The notes below the pieces were generated by a model that worked only from the letters and a program-made list of their open reading frames with translations, made no database searches and was not told the DNA's origin. Below are positions 26,571 through 36,427 of a DNA stretch of 64,000 nt, one piece after another (position 1 is the first letter of the stretch; each line of letters starts with the position of its first letter). The translations under genes were made by a program, and so were the position numbers. Source of the stretch: Candidatus Eiseniibacteriota bacterium (GTDB lineage: Bacteria > Eisenbacteria > RBG-16-71-46 > CAZAMP01); NCBI GenBank assembly GCA_965224245.1, contig OZ245046.1, positions 4,320,001-4,384,000 on the forward strand, read 5' to 3'.

Positions 26571-28907
26571 TCATCGCATGAGGTCGCGGAGCCGCCGGGA
26601 CGCGCGCGAGCTCATCGACTCGACGATGCGGTGCCAGGCCTCCTCGGCCTCCCGATCGCCCCGGACCGAAGGAGCCAGCTCGGCCAGTACGTGCTCCAGC
26701 GTGCCCGACGAGCCGATCTCGTCGTCGGCGATCTCCAGCGCGTCCATGACGGAGATCACGCCGTCGCGCGACAGCGTCAGCACGAGGTGCGCGAGCGTCC
26801 CGTCCGACTCGACCTCGTTCACGGCCGCGAGCACGGCGGCCCGCGTCTGGTCGTCGTCGGCGCTCTCACGACCGATCGTGTCGATCACGTGAGCGAGCGT
26901 GCTGTCGGATTCGATCTGATCGGAGGCCAGTCGAAGCGCCTCGCCTGGCGAGAGCACACCGCGGTCGACCAGCGTGATCAGGGTCGCGGCCAGCGTCCCG
27001 TCCGACTCGATGGACTCGAGGGCGCCGACGATCGTCGGCCGATCGGCTTCCAGGTCGTCGCTCGTGTCGGCGAGCTGGACGAGAAACGCCGACAGCGTGC
27101 CGTCGGACTCGATGACCTCCCGCGCGGCCCCGGCCGCCGCTTCGGTCGAGATCGCGTCGAGATCGTGGAGTTGTGAGAGGAGGTGTGACAGCGTCCCGTC
27201 GGACTCGATCCGGGCGCGCGCGATCATGACCAGCGCCTCGACGTCGGATGGCGACGGAGAGCCGTCCTCGACGATGGAGATGATCGCGGTGGCCATGAGC
27301 CCGTCGCTGGTCACGCCGTTCAGGTACGAGGAGACCGCGTCCATTCCCTGCTCGCGGTAGACACGGAGCGCGCGCACGTCGGCGTCGAACCTGGTCGCCA
27401 CCAGGGGGGCGATGAACTGCTCCAGCCACCGGTCGGTCTGGCGGGATCGCTCGACGTGCGACCAGCCGCGCGCGCGCCGGGGTCGAACCTCGAAGCGCCA
27501 GAGGATGCCGTCGCGGGTCCCCTCGGCCAGGACGCGCCGGCGAACCCCCGCCGCGTCCCGCTCCTCGAGACCGAGAAACGAACCGGCGGCGATCTCGACG
27601 TCGTCGATGCGACCGTCTCCGAGATAGACGTCTCCATCGAGCTCGAGACCGAGGTCCCAGCGACCGCTCTCGAACTCGATCATCACCCGGTCGTCGTCAC
27701 GCCGATGGCGGCGGGGACCTCGCTGGAGGCGATCGCGATCAATGGGGGTCCAGTCCTCGAACGTGCGCCTGGCGTCGTCCGCGTCGGCGGCCTCGGTCAC
27801 GTCGGCGCCGTCGGAGACGCGTTCACGATCGTCCCGGGACCGATCGCTCGGGTCGGCGCTGGTGGTCATCACGAGCGGGGTCAGCGCGACCGCCACCAGG
27901 AGCGCCAGCGCCACGACCGCCGCGTCGTGCCGCCGAGGTCCGGTGCTCGAGAATCCCAGCACGCGACGGACACGGTGCAGTAGCGGACCTCGGGTCGCGC
28001 CGAGCGCGAGCGCGGACTCCGGCCGGAGCTCGGCCAGCGCGAGCAGCGCGGACGCGTAGCGCTTTCGATCTCCCGTCACGCGAACCGCCATGTCGTCGCA
28101 ACACAGCTCACGCTCCCGCTCGATGACCGAAGCCAGCCACCAGACGCCGGGATGGTAGAAGAGCAACGTGGTCACGATCGACGTGGCGATCTGCACGACG
28201 TAGTCGTACCGCCGCACGTGAGCGAGCTCGTGCGCGAGAACCGCACGTAGCTGATGGGCATCGAGACCGGTCACGGCGGTCACCGGCAGCACGACGACCG
28301 GGCGCAGCCAGCCGGCCGTCATCGCGCCCGCGTTCCGGGTCGACGTCACCAGTCGAACCGCGCGACCGATGCCCATCTCGATCCGGAGGCGTTCGAATTG
28401 ACTTCTCGTCGCGACGTCGACCGGGAGCGACCTGTCGTGAGTCACGGTGCGAACGCGCCGGGCGCCGACGCCCATCCGGGTCGACAGCGCGAGCACGCCC
28501 ACCAGCCAGAGCCCGACCACGAGGGCATGACCGCCCCCGGCGGGGCGCTCCCCGGCGCCGGATCGGCCGAGGATGGAGAGCGACGCGGATCCGCGCTCGG
28601 ACGTCGCGCCGGTCGTCGCCGGACTCGCCGCCCCACCCCCGTCCGCGGAGGGCGCGATGGACCCGGCCGTCCGCGGCGGATCCAGCGTGCCGAGCTCGGC
28701 CACGTACGTGACGATCGGGGCGGTCGCCATGACGAGCAGACCGATGCAGGCGACGGCGTGGCGCACCTCCGGCGAGCGCCGTCGCAGGAGCCAGAGCGCG
28801 GCGCTCACGACCAGCGCGATGATCGTGCCGTGAAGCGTGAAGCGGATCAGCGTGCGCCCGAGGGCATCCACCGCCGGCGCTCCGAGAACGTCGTAGAGGG
28901 GGGTCAT
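26571..28907 (-). CDS. BlaR1/M56 family membrane metallopeptidase with C-terminal helical repeat sensor
   Basis: 'HELAHVRRYD', 'YHPGVWW', 'ERELCCD'; about 7 (I/V)ESDGTL repeats; ATGA overlap with blaI. Confidence 0.88.
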   Translation of the reverse strand: MTPLYDVLGAPAVDALGRTLIRFTLHGTIIALVVSAALWLLRRRSPEVRHAVACIGLLVMATAPIVTYVAELGTLDPPRTAGSIAPSADGGGAASPATTGATSERGSASLSILGRSGAGERPAGGGHALVVGLWLVGVLALSTRMGVGARRVRTVTHDRSLPVDVATRSQFERLRIEMGIGRAVRLVTSTRNAGAMTAGWLRPVVVLPVTAVTGLDAHQLRAVLAHELAHVRRYDYVVQIATSIVTTLLFYHPGVWWLASVIERERELCCDDMAVRVTGDRKRYASALLALAELRPESALALGATRGPLLHRVRRVLGFSSTGPRRHDAAVVALALLVAVALTPLVMTTSADPSDRSRDDRERVSDGADVTEAADADDARRTFEDWTPIDRDRLQRGPRRHRRDDDRVMIEFESGRWDLGLELDGDVYLGDGRIDDVEIAAGSFLGLEERDAAGVRRRVLAEGTRDGILWRFEVRPRRARGWSHVERSRQTDRWLEQFIAPLVATRFDADVRALRVYREQGMDAVSSYLNGVTSDGLMATAIISIVEDGSPSPSDVEALVMIARARIESDGTLSHLLSQLHDLDAISTEAAAGAAREVIESDGTLSAFLVQLADTSDDLEADRPTIVGALESIESDGTLAATLITLVDRGVLSPGEALRLASDQIESDSTLAHVIDTIGRESADDDQTRAAVLAAVNEVESDGTLAHLVLTLSRDGVISVMDALEIADDEIGSSGTLEHVLAELAPSVRGDREAEEAWHRIVESMSSRASRRLRDLMR

Positions 28908-29293
28908 GGCGTCTTCCCTTCGAGGTCGTCGAGGAGACGACGGATCTCGGCCAGCTCCTCGGGGGATACCTTGCGTGTGCTCAGCGCATGAAGCGCCAGC
29001 TGTCCAGCCGCGTCGTCGAACGCGCGGTGCATGAGGTCGCGCACGAGACGCCGCTGCGTGCGGCGGCGCGACGTCGATGCGCGATAGACGTGGGTCCGCT
29101 GCGACTCGTCCCGCTCGACGAGCCCCTTCTCGGTCATGATCTGCATGAGCTTCAGGACGGTGGTGTAGCCCACGTCGCGCTGCGACTGGAGGTGGTCGTG
29201 CACCCGCCGGACGGTGCAGGGTCCGTCGCGCCACAGGACGCGCAGGATCTCGAGCTCGGCGTCGGTCGGTCGGCGGGGCGATTCGCTGGACAT
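28904..29293 (-). CDS. BlaI/MecI/CopY family repressor
   Basis: 'PTDAELEILRVLW..GP.TVR', 'GYTTVLKLMQIMTEKGLV', 'EELAEIRRLL'. Confidence 0.93.
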   Translation of the reverse strand: MSSESPRRPTDAELEILRVLWRDGPCTVRRVHDHLQSQRDVGYTTVLKLMQIMTEKGLVERDESQRTHVYRASTSRRRTQRRLVRDLMHRAFDDAAGQLALHALSTRKVSPEELAEIRRLLDDLEGKTP

Positions 29294-29456
29294 GGTGCGC
29301 TCCGTGTCGGCTCGGGTCGTCGCGGCGGACCGGGCGAGAGGACGGCTCCACTCCGGGAGTCGCTCGTGCTCGGGGCCACGCTCACGGCCGTGCTCGGGAC
29401 CGCGCGGGATCCGGCTCCGGCCCGCGTGCGGCGCTCGATCTCGGCGTCGGATGTCG

Positions 29457-29498
29457 ATTATACGAACGCTTTCGTAGATGTCAACGAAGAGTTTCGTA
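29457..29498 (-). promoter_or_regulatory. Consensus sigma70 promoter (TTGACA-N16-TATAAT) overlapped by two BlaI-type palindromic operators
   Basis: Minus strand TTGACA 29484-29479 and TATAAT 29462-29457; TACGAA-N4-TTCGTA 29461-29476 and AACGAA-N4-TTCGTA 29483-29498. Confidence 0.85.
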
Positions 29499-29537
29499 GA
29501 TTGATCCGCCGAGATCGGGGGCGAACGTCCCGGGACG

Positions 29538-32021
29538 CTACTCCCCGTCGTCGATCAGGCCCTGCATGATCTCGAGGTTCGCGCGAGCGAGCTCGTTGGT
29601 CGGGTCGAGCTTCAACGCGGCGGCGAACGCGGCGGCGGCGCCCCGCACGTCGCCGAGGTGGGCCCGCGCGACGCCGAGGTTGTTGTGGCTCTCGGTACGC
29701 CTCGGATCTAGCGCGACCGCTCGCTCCAGCATGGCGACCGCGTCCGCGTAGCGCTCCAGGTCGACGTACAGCGCACCGAGGTCGTACCGGGCGAACTCGG
29801 AGTCTGGACAGAGCGCGACCGCGGACTCGTACAGCTCCACCGCGCTCTCGGGCCGACCCCGGCGGTAGGCGGCGCGCCCGATCGTGCTCAGGAAGTCCGC
29901 CGTCAGTCCGCACGGAACGTCGTCGAGACCGGCGAGAGCGTCGTCCGCCCCGCCGGTCGAGTCCGCGGCGTCGTCGGACGGACGGCCGTAGACGTGAACG
30001 GCCCACCCGTCGTGCTCGCGAGCGTCGAACGTCGCGAGCTCGGTCCAGGTGCTCGCCAGGTGCCGGCGCAGCTCGCTCGCCCGGGGCGCGCTGACCGAGT
30101 CGGGCACGTCCTCGAACTCGCTACTGACCACCGCGTAGTCGACGTCCACGAACCAGCGCGGGTCGTAGAGCGGATCACACGCCGACGGTCCCATGACGTC
30201 GGTCGGGATCGGAACGATGATCAGCCTCAGATCACCCAGGTCGCGGTACCAGTCCTTGGCGCGCTGTGCGCCCTCGATGACGACGGACGGCGCGGGGATG
30301 GCGTTCGCGCGGAACCACCGTCGGGCCGCCACGTCGGGGTCGATGCGCGCGCCCTCACTCATGACGCCGACCACCCGGAACAGGACGACCGCCAGCCCCA
30401 TCGCGGCAACGCCGACCGCCACCCGACGCAGCCGCCGGGAGGGTCGTGGAAACACATCGGGCCGGACCCACGGCTGCGCCGGTCCGAACACCCCGAATGC
30501 GATCGAGACGACCATCCAGGGGACGAGGGGCGTCACGTAGCGCGCTTGCATCGTGTGCGAGAGCGCGGTGGCCGCCCCGAAGGCCAGCGCGAACGCGAAC
30601 GTCGCCACACCGAACGTGCGAACGCGATCCCGTACACGCAGCCGCGAGCGCGCCAGCGCAGCCCCCGCGAGCACGAAGCCGATCAGCCACTCCAGACGCA
30701 GCACCCACCGCATGCTCGGCGCCAGCGCGAACACCACGTCGCCGTGAGGGGGACCCCAGTGCAACGTCTCCTCGCCCGGCCAGAAGTCGTCGAGCACGGG
30801 GTCGGCGCGCTTGCGCATCTGATAGCGTCCACCGTTCATCAGCTTTCCGGTCGTGAACACGCGCACGAGGCTGTCGAGATAGTAGTCCCGCAGGTAGGAA
30901 ACCGGATGCTCGGCGATCCACGACCGCGCGAACGTGCGCAGGAGCTCGTTCACGAGGACGTACGCGTGATGGTACGGCTGATCCTGTCCGCGACCGTAGC
31001 CGTACGGGTTGTCGTATCGCGCGAAGAGACGGCTGGCCGTCGTGTGCCACGACGGCGACTCCTCGCGGTATCGCCGCACGAACTCGTCGGCGGCATCGCC
31101 TCCACCGCGAAGCGGATGGAAGAACGCCCACAGGAGCCGCTTGCCCGGCGAGTCGCTCGACCACCGGTGCCAGTCGGCGTCGTTCTCGGAGAGCATGTCG
31201 GGCGGGAACGTCGCGTAGTACTCGGTCAGGAGCCGGAGCTCGGGATCCTCGACGTCGTCGCCGTCACCGGGGCGGACGGAGATGATCGGACCGATGTTGC
31301 CGGCGAACGTCCAGCCGTCGAACGTCGTCATGCGGAAGACGCCGTACTCCCGCTCGACCTGTCCGCACAGCCAGGCCACGAGCGCCACCGTGGGAATCGC
31401 GACGGCCGCCACGCGGGCCAGCCGCCCGGGTCCTCCGTACACGATGCAGGCGACCACGAGGGCGGCCGGAAGCGCCAGCCCGACGAAGCGCAGCGCGAGC
31501 GCGACCAGGGACGCGCCGATGCCCACCGAGAGCCACATCCACCGGCTCGGCTCGCGTTCGGCGCACACGTGTCCGATCGTCGCGGCGAGGGCGAGCGTGG
31601 ATGCCGCGATGAACAGCCCGTCGGACAGGAGGTGGTGATCGAGGAACAGCGTCAGCGGATCCAGCGCGATGCAGAGCATCGTGCCGAGAACCGCCCAGCG
31701 CGGCCAGCGCACGTAGCGCCGCAGCACCTCGCCCAGCACCTGAACCGACAGGGCACGCAGGGTGGCCTGCAGGAGCACGGTGGTCAACGGTCCGCCGAGG
31801 AGCCGGGCCAGGGCCAGGAAGTACGAGTAGCCGATCGGTTTGTACGGGTTGGGGCGAAGCGTCTCCGCCGCCCAGATGTACTCGCCGGTATCGCTGACGA
31901 TGTACGGATCGGGGTAGAAGACGGACTGGATCCCCTTGACGCAGGCGAGGATCACCCAGAACGGCAGGAAGTACCGGACGAACGAGGAGATCGCGTCACG
32001 CCGGGCCGAGGAGGTGCTCAT
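29538..32021 (-). CDS. Polytopic membrane protein (possible GT-C glycosyltransferase) with C-terminal TPRs
   Basis: About 11-12 TMs, 'SDTGEY', 'LLSDGLF', 'QARY..P'; C-terminal 'YDLGALY', 'HNNLGVA', 'ARANL' TPRs. Confidence 0.7.
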   Translation of the reverse strand: MSTSSARRDAISSFVRYFLPFWVILACVKGIQSVFYPDPYIVSDTGEYIWAAETLRPNPYKPIGYSYFLALARLLGGPLTTVLLQATLRALSVQVLGEVLRRYVRWPRWAVLGTMLCIALDPLTLFLDHHLLSDGLFIAASTLALAATIGHVCAEREPSRWMWLSVGIGASLVALALRFVGLALPAALVVACIVYGGPGRLARVAAVAIPTVALVAWLCGQVEREYGVFRMTTFDGWTFAGNIGPIISVRPGDGDDVEDPELRLLTEYYATFPPDMLSENDADWHRWSSDSPGKRLLWAFFHPLRGGGDAADEFVRRYREESPSWHTTASRLFARYDNPYGYGRGQDQPYHHAYVLVNELLRTFARSWIAEHPVSYLRDYYLDSLVRVFTTGKLMNGGRYQMRKRADPVLDDFWPGEETLHWGPPHGDVVFALAPSMRWVLRLEWLIGFVLAGAALARSRLRVRDRVRTFGVATFAFALAFGAATALSHTMQARYVTPLVPWMVVSIAFGVFGPAQPWVRPDVFPRPSRRLRRVAVGVAAMGLAVVLFRVVGVMSEGARIDPDVAARRWFRANAIPAPSVVIEGAQRAKDWYRDLGDLRLIIVPIPTDVMGPSACDPLYDPRWFVDVDYAVVSSEFEDVPDSVSAPRASELRRHLASTWTELATFDAREHDGWAVHVYGRPSDDAADSTGGADDALAGLDDVPCGLTADFLSTIGRAAYRRGRPESAVELYESAVALCPDSEFARYDLGALYVDLERYADAVAMLERAVALDPRRTESHNNLGVARAHLGDVRGAAAAFAAALKLDPTNELARANLEIMQGLIDDGE

Positions 32022-32152
32022 GGCCAGGCACTCTAGCCCAAGGGGGTCGGCTCGGCGACCCCCACGACGCGGATTGGCCACGCATCACGCCTCGACACCG
32101 TGGGCCGACCGGTCGTCGGCCCGATTGGAATCCGTCGAGGCGAGCGCCGTTC

Positions 32153-35100
32153 TCACCAGTGATCCGACCCGCCGCTCGACTTGTCGGGAAACGGCGGCGG
32201 GGTCGGCCGCGGTACCGGCGCCTCGGCGATCTTCCCCTCGAGGTAGGCGATCGCGGCGTCGAGCTGGGGATCCCGCCCCTTCATGAGCTCGGCGGGGTCG
32301 TCCTCGACGATCATGTCGGGCTCGACGCCGACGCCCTCGATGATCCACTCGCCCTCCGGTATCCACGCCGCGTAGTTCGGTATGTACACCGCGCCACCGT
32401 CCACCAGGCGGTAGCCGCCGCCGCTTCCCACCTCACCTCCCCAGGTCCGCGTTCCGATCAACGGACCGATCCCGCGTCGCTGGAAGGCGTCGCTGAACTC
32501 CTCGGCGTTGGACCCGCTCTGGTCGTTGCAGAGCGCGGCCGCGTGCCCGGTGAACGCCCAGTCCTGCCGGCTCCAGGACGCGCCGTAGCGCGGCTTGAAG
32601 TACGAGTACCGGGGCGAGGACATCTGGAGGATGAGCATGGCGTGGATGTAGCCGCCGCCGTTGAACCGGACGTCGTAGATCAGACCGTCTCGGTCGAGAC
32701 TCGCGTAGTAGTGCTTGCCGAACTCCTGAAAGCCGCGGCCGCTCATGTTCGGGATGTGCACGTAGCCGAGGTCGGGGCCTCCGTGCTCGAGCACGTACCG
32801 CCGCCGTCCCTCCACCCAGTCGAAGTAGCGTGCGCGTCGCTCGCTCCGCATCGGCTCGACGAACACCTCGCGCGCTCCGTCGAACGACGCGCGATCGTTC
32901 ACCGTCAACGTGACGGCCCGGCCCGCCGTTCCGACCAGGAGCGCCTGGAGCTCCTGGTCCGCGCGCACGGGAGCGCCACTCACCGCGACGATCACGTCCC
33001 CGACCGACACCTCGACTCCCGGGGTCAACAGCGGCGACCGAGCATCGAGATCGAAGCCGTCGCCGGCCAGGATCCGCGTGATCCGGTACCCCGGCACGTC
33101 GTCGTTGACCGGCTCCACGTCGATCCCGAGGTAGCCCATCGGAATCAGGGGCGCGCGCTGCTCGTCGCCGCCGACGATGTACGCGTGGCCGCAGTTCAGC
33201 TCGGCGACCATCTCGCGCTGGAGGAAGCTGAGATCGCTCCGCACCGCGACCGCCTCCAGCAGCGGCTCGTACTTGTCCCGGACCGCCGGCCAGTCGACGC
33301 CGTGCATGCCGGGGTCGTAGAAGAAGTCGCGCGCGACCCGCCAGGTCTCGGCGAACATCTGCCGCCACTCGGCGACCGGATCGATCGTGAGCGTCCAGCC
33401 GTCCGTCTCGACCTGGCCGTCGTCCTCGGGCATCTCGCCGGCGCCGGCATCCAGCAGCGTGAAGCGCTTCCCACGCCGGACGAGGAGCTTCTTCCGGTCC
33501 GCGGAGAGGTCGAACTCGTCGAGCGCCTCCACGAGCACCTTCGCCTTCTTCTCCTCGAGATCGAAGGTGTGGAGCCGGCGGGGTCCGGACATCTCTCCGT
33601 CGTCCCCCTCGGCGCCCTCGTACGTCTCCAGGAGCAGCTTCTTCTCGATGGGAACCACGCGCGTGTACCGATCGGCGGGAACCGGGACCTCGACGACACG
33701 GGTTGCGATCCCGTCCACGTCGACGGTCATGTCGGGCAGCTCCCGCTCGTCGTCGTTGTCATCCTCGTCGTCGTTGTCGTCCTCGTCGTCCTCGTTGCTC
33801 GCATCGTCGTCGGTCGCGCCCTCGCGGTCGTTCTCGTCGAGGAATGGAGACCGCGTCTCGGCGGCGAGCGTGACCAGCGTGACCTTCGTCATCTTCTGGT
33901 CGTAGGTGAAGTACCGGTTGATCGGCGAGTAACGCGGGTCGAGCTCGCGATCGGCCAGGAAGTACAGGAGCTCGCCGTCGGGATCGAACGCCGGCGCGTA
34001 GCACGACATCGCGGGATCGGTGATCCGCGTGGTCTCGCCGGTCGCGATCTCGTACAGGTGGACGCTCCAGGCCCATCTCGGCTCCAGATGCGTGAAGGCG
34101 ACCCACTTGCCGTCGGGGCTGAACGCGTACTGGCTCAGCACGATGTCGTACGATCCCCCGCGATCGGACTGGTCCACCACGGTCATGGCCCCGGAGGCCA
34201 CGTCGACGAGCAACGTGCGCATCTCGCGATCGCTGGTCAGGAGCCGCTCGCCGTCGGGTGACCAGACGATCGGGCCCAGGGGGCCGGTGTGGCCGGACGT
34301 CACCTGTCGAGCCTCGCCGCCCGAGGCGGGCACGATCCAGATCTCCTCCTCACCCGAGACGTCGGACACGTACGCGACCTCGGCTCCGTCGGGAGACCAC
34401 TCGGGGTACTGGCACCGGGCCGCGGCATCCGCCGCGACGACCCGCACGTCGCCGTGCTCGGCCGGCGCGCTCAGGATCTGTCCCCTCGCCGAGACGAGGA
34501 TCCGCTTGCCGGTGGGACCCAGCTCGAAGCCGAAGAGCTGATCGTGCGCCGAGACGCGGCGCTCCCGCGCGTGAATCCGGTCGGAGCGAAGATCCAGGTG
34601 GATCGAGCGCGTCTGGCCGGTGGCCACGTCGTAGAGTCCGATGCCGTCGCCGTACTCGTACACGACGACCCGTCCGTCCGACTGCGGGTAGCGCACCTCG
34701 AAGTCGGTGTAGGACGTGGCCGGCGTCACGTCGCCCGAGCCGGGATCCAGCGCGTGGAGGTTGGCCACGCCGTCGCGCTCGGACACGAAGTAGATCACGT
34801 CCCCGGCCCAGACCGGCTGGGTGTCCACGCCGAGATCGTCGGTCAGGCGCCGGAAGTCGGGCACCGCGTCCGCGTCGGGTGAGGGTGTCGCGAGCCACAC
34901 GTCGTCGGCGAATCCGCCCCGGTAGCGCTTCCAGTTCTGCCACTCGCCGCTGATCGGCACGTACGCGATCCGTCCATCCGGGTGCAGCGTGGCGAACTCG
35001 CCGTACGGGACCGGCAGGCGGGTCGCGGCGCCGCCCGCGAGGGGAACCTGCCAGATGCGTGTGCGCATGGTCGTCCCGCGACGCGATCGGAACACGACGT

Positions 35101-35503
35101 GCGTCCCGTCGGGGCTCCAGCCGAGCACGGTCACGCCACGGGGATCCCAGGTCAGGCGTCGCGGCACGCCGCCGGCGACGTCCATCACGTAGACCTCGCG
35201 AGCCCCGTCATAGCTCGCGGCGAACGCCAGCGTTCGCCCGTCCGGGGAGAAGAACGCCGGCCCCTCCGATCCCTCGTCGGACGTGATCCGCATCGCGGTG
35301 CCGCGCTCGATCGAGCCGAGCCACAGATCACCTTCGCTGGTGAAGACGATCTGATCTCCCGAGACGTCGGGACGGCGGAGAAACTGAGCGGCGGCCCCGG
35401 CCGGTGACGCGGTCGCGAGCGCCAGGGTCAACCCGCCGCCGAGACACGCCACGACGAGCCGACGGGAAAGGCGACGGAAAGGGGAGTGGACACGCGAGCG
35501 CAC
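32153..35503 (-). CDS. Tricorn protease (S41 family, PD40 propellers, PDZ)
   Basis: 'IVFTSEGDLW', 'WKRYRGG', 'FYDPGMHGVDW', 'ELNCGHAY', 'DVRFNGGG', 'GSNAE', 'GTRTWGG', 'IEGVGVEPD'; AGGAGG RBS before GTG 35503. Confidence 0.93.
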   Translation of the reverse strand: MRSRVHSPFRRLSRRLVVACLGGGLTLALATASPAGAAAQFLRRPDVSGDQIVFTSEGDLWLGSIERGTAMRITSDEGSEGPAFFSPDGRTLAFAASYDGAREVYVMDVAGGVPRRLTWDPRGVTVLGWSPDGTHVVFRSRRGTTMRTRIWQVPLAGGAATRLPVPYGEFATLHPDGRIAYVPISGEWQNWKRYRGGFADDVWLATPSPDADAVPDFRRLTDDLGVDTQPVWAGDVIYFVSERDGVANLHALDPGSGDVTPATSYTDFEVRYPQSDGRVVVYEYGDGIGLYDVATGQTRSIHLDLRSDRIHARERRVSAHDQLFGFELGPTGKRILVSARGQILSAPAEHGDVRVVAADAAARCQYPEWSPDGAEVAYVSDVSGEEEIWIVPASGGEARQVTSGHTGPLGPIVWSPDGERLLTSDREMRTLLVDVASGAMTVVDQSDRGGSYDIVLSQYAFSPDGKWVAFTHLEPRWAWSVHLYEIATGETTRITDPAMSCYAPAFDPDGELLYFLADRELDPRYSPINRYFTYDQKMTKVTLVTLAAETRSPFLDENDREGATDDDASNEDDEDDNDDEDDNDDERELPDMTVDVDGIATRVVEVPVPADRYTRVVPIEKKLLLETYEGAEGDDGEMSGPRRLHTFDLEEKKAKVLVEALDEFDLSADRKKLLVRRGKRFTLLDAGAGEMPEDDGQVETDGWTLTIDPVAEWRQMFAETWRVARDFFYDPGMHGVDWPAVRDKYEPLLEAVAVRSDLSFLQREMVAELNCGHAYIVGGDEQRAPLIPMGYLGIDVEPVNDDVPGYRITRILAGDGFDLDARSPLLTPGVEVSVGDVIVAVSGAPVRADQELQALLVGTAGRAVTLTVNDRASFDGAREVFVEPMRSERRARYFDWVEGRRRYVLEHGGPDLGYVHIPNMSGRGFQEFGKHYYASLDRDGLIYDVRFNGGGYIHAMLILQMSSPRYSYFKPRYGASWSRQDWAFTGHAAALCNDQSGSNAEEFSDAFQRRGIGPLIGTRTWGGEVGSGGGYRLVDGGAVYIPNYAAWIPEGEWIIEGVGVEPDMIVEDDPAELMKGRDPQLDAAIAYLEGKIAEAPVPRPTPPPFPDKSSGGSDHW

Positions 35504-35669
35504 GCGGCACCTCCTGAATCGATGGAGACGAGAAGCGAACGCGTGACGATACCACGCCGCACGGGTCTCGGGATCGGAACTCTGAACGGCTGGATACAAG
35601 ACCGCCCGCTCGTGGCCGGGTGCCTCGGCGGGCGGGTCGGGATCCGACCTCCCGGCGGAGTCCGCCGGC

Positions 35670-36413
35670 CTATTCCGTGACCACCGCCTCGGAGCGACCG
35701 ACCTCGTCTCCCGGTGCGCTCCGCCAGTCGGTCAGGAACAGCTCCGCGGCCAGCGCGTGCCAGCGATCGCCGCCGATGTGGCGCCCGAAGCCGTAGATCG
35801 GCAGCCCGCCGTCCTGCATCACGACGCCGAGCTCCCGGCCCATCAACCCGCTGATCCGGTCCGACGTCTCCTTCATCCACGAGCGCGCCAGAGAGTACGG
35901 CAGCAGGTTCTTCAGCGAGCGCTCGGCCTCGCGCGGGCGCACCTCGAGCAGCCAGCCCTTCCCGTACGGATCGGCGCTGGCGGTCTGGGGTGCCTCGGCC
36001 GCGTCGTCGTTGATTCCCACGACGACGCCGTCCACCGGCGACAGCATGTCGATGACGTGGCCGTCCACCCGGAGATGGAAGCCCGGCTTTCCCTGTTCGA
36101 GCACGGTCCCCTCGGCCGGGAGCATGACCGCGCTCGGGCTTCCCAGGAAGTGATACGCGAAGTCGTCCACCCCCACGCGTACGGTGTCGGCCTCGTCCGG
36201 TCGCGCCCAGGTGTGCCCCCGGTGATAGAAGAATCCCTCGGGAAGCCGGAACCACTCGACCGGAGCCGAGTCGGCCGCCCCGGCGACCGCGCCCCGGACC
36301 CGCGCCGGCGACGCCGACCAGATCCGCGCCGCGAGACGTGTCAAGGGAACGAGCAGCGCCAGGTACCCGATGGCCAGGATGTACTCGATGCCCTTGGTCG
36401 GCATGAAATCCAT
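35670..36413 (-). CDS. Membrane-anchored glycine-cleavage-H-like protein (no lipoyl Lys)
   Basis: 'TKGIEY' plus TM; 'YHRGHTWA', 'VRVGVDDFA', 'SPVDGVV..IN', 'DPYGKGWL'. Confidence 0.85.
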   Translation of the reverse strand: MDFMPTKGIEYILAIGYLALLVPLTRLAARIWSASPARVRGAVAGAADSAPVEWFRLPEGFFYHRGHTWARPDEADTVRVGVDDFAYHFLGSPSAVMLPAEGTVLEQGKPGFHLRVDGHVIDMLSPVDGVVVGINDDAAEAPQTASADPYGKGWLLEVRPREAERSLKNLLPYSLARSWMKETSDRISGLMGRELGVVMQDGGLPIYGFGRHIGGDRWHALAAELFLTDWRSAPGDEVGRSEAVVTE

Positions 36414-36427
36414 GACTCACTCCCCCT

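Noticed and set aside
33745-33812. Low-complexity GTC/CTC repeats
   Set aside because: They encode the acidic D/E/N linker inside tricorn protease
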